NCBI RefSeq assembly: GCF_004010195.1
Contig: NC_057753.1
Location: 9,344,341-9,408,340 of the forward strand
From: Chiloscyllium plagiosum
Taxonomy: Eukaryota
Direction of reading: 5' to 3'
DNA: 64,000 bases
Shown here piece after piece: positions 62,970 to 64,000 of the stretch (within the stretch, counting starts at the first letter, position 1; the number at the start of each line of letters is the position of its first letter). Under the pieces are notes generated by a model that had not been told where the DNA came from, did not search any database, and saw only the letters and a program-made list of their open reading frames with translations. Position numbers and translations under genes: made by a program.

Positions 62970-63120
62970 CTTCCTAACGGCCGCCCTCCCGCCGCTTCCC
63001 CGCTCGAGCGACTTCTCCTCCCAACCGCCTTCGCCCCCGCGTGACGTCTGCACGGGGGGATGGGCGGGGCCGGGGAGCCTCACCGTCACCAAGCAACAGC
63101 CACCTCGCGCTACAACTGCT
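62960..63120 (-). promoter_or_regulatory. CpG-island promoter of the QSOX exon
   Basis: AAGATGGCG (YY1/Kozak), CRE-like GTGACGTC 63041-63048, GC box GGGCGGGG 63062-63069. Confidence 0.65.
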
Positions 63121-64000
63121 CATTCACAAAAACAAACTCTCCTGTCTCGCTCTGCAGCTGCAGGGGGGACACTGCCTGTTTCCAGGAGCCCTGTCCACAT
63201 TACATTGAGCCGTGAGCTTTCACAAAGAGATATTCTTTTAAATTGTCATCTCTAAATGGGGAAATTAGCATTTTAAGGGGGCATGGACATTGTAAAGATA
63301 TTTAAATGAACAAGATTATATTTCAAAGGAATGTGGGCACATTCAAAGGTGTATCTTGTTATCTAAAGTGACGCCGTCAAATCGAAATGAAACTTCATTT
63401 CAAAGAGATGTTGCCCTATTTATAAACAGAAATATCCCTTTGAGACAATAGGTGTGAATTCTGTCTGTGTCCCAACGTTGAGTCAGACTGACATTTTTCT
63501 TAGAAAAGCTCTGCATTTCAATTACATTCTTGAGAAGTTAATTGATAGATTAGCGTGGATTGGCTGTGCTAAATAACCCATAGTGTCCAGGGATGTGCAG
63601 GTAAGGGTGGATTGGCCATAGGAAATATGGAATAAGGGGTTGAGTATGGGTGGGATGCTCTTTGGAGGGCCAGTGTGGAACAGATGGGCTGAATAGCCTG
63701 GTTCCACATTGGCGGGATTTCCACACAAAGGTGCATTTTATCTGCATCTATCCTGTCAAGCCCCTTTCAGAATTCTGCTGGTTTCAATAAGATCAGTTCT
63801 GGTTCATAGAGACATACAGCACAGAAACAGACTCTTCTGTCCAACTCGTCCATGCCGACTAAACTAGTCACACTTGCCTGCATTTGGCCCATATCCCTCT
63901 AAACCTTTCTATTCATGCACCTATTCAAATGTCTTTAAATGTTGTAACTGTCCCTGTATCTACCACTTCCTCAGCAAGTTCATTCCACATGCAAACTTCT

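Overview
Repeat-rich vertebrate genomic DNA, most likely from a shark (inferred from HE1-type SINEs, abundant CR1/HER1 LINE fragments, Penelope-like elements and shark-type C2H2 zinc-finger genes). It has four assembly gaps. The window is a birth-and-death region of KRAB-less C2H2 zinc-finger genes: one intact 8-finger gene with a recognisable promoter, exon 1 and splice acceptor, three pseudogenes, and several orphan promoter duplicons. These are interleaved with a decayed tRNA cluster (Glu, Ser, Asn, Pro, iMet), most of it in the arms and spacer of a ~5-6 kb inverted duplication. Most notable observations: (i) minimal type-I hammerhead ribozyme motifs in Penelope termini, including ~92-bp stand-alone copies flanked by target-site duplications; (ii) two tRNA-Pro(TGG) relics with an 18-20 nt intron at the canonical 37/38 position; (iii) a 269-bp-arm, ~97% perfect foldback hairpin in otherwise unique DNA; (iv) a CpG-promoter-linked QSOX exon 1 whose WCGHC active site reads WGGPC, with two 1-nt insertions. 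All alignments and identities were done by eye and family names come from recall, not database searches. Repeat boundaries are approximate.
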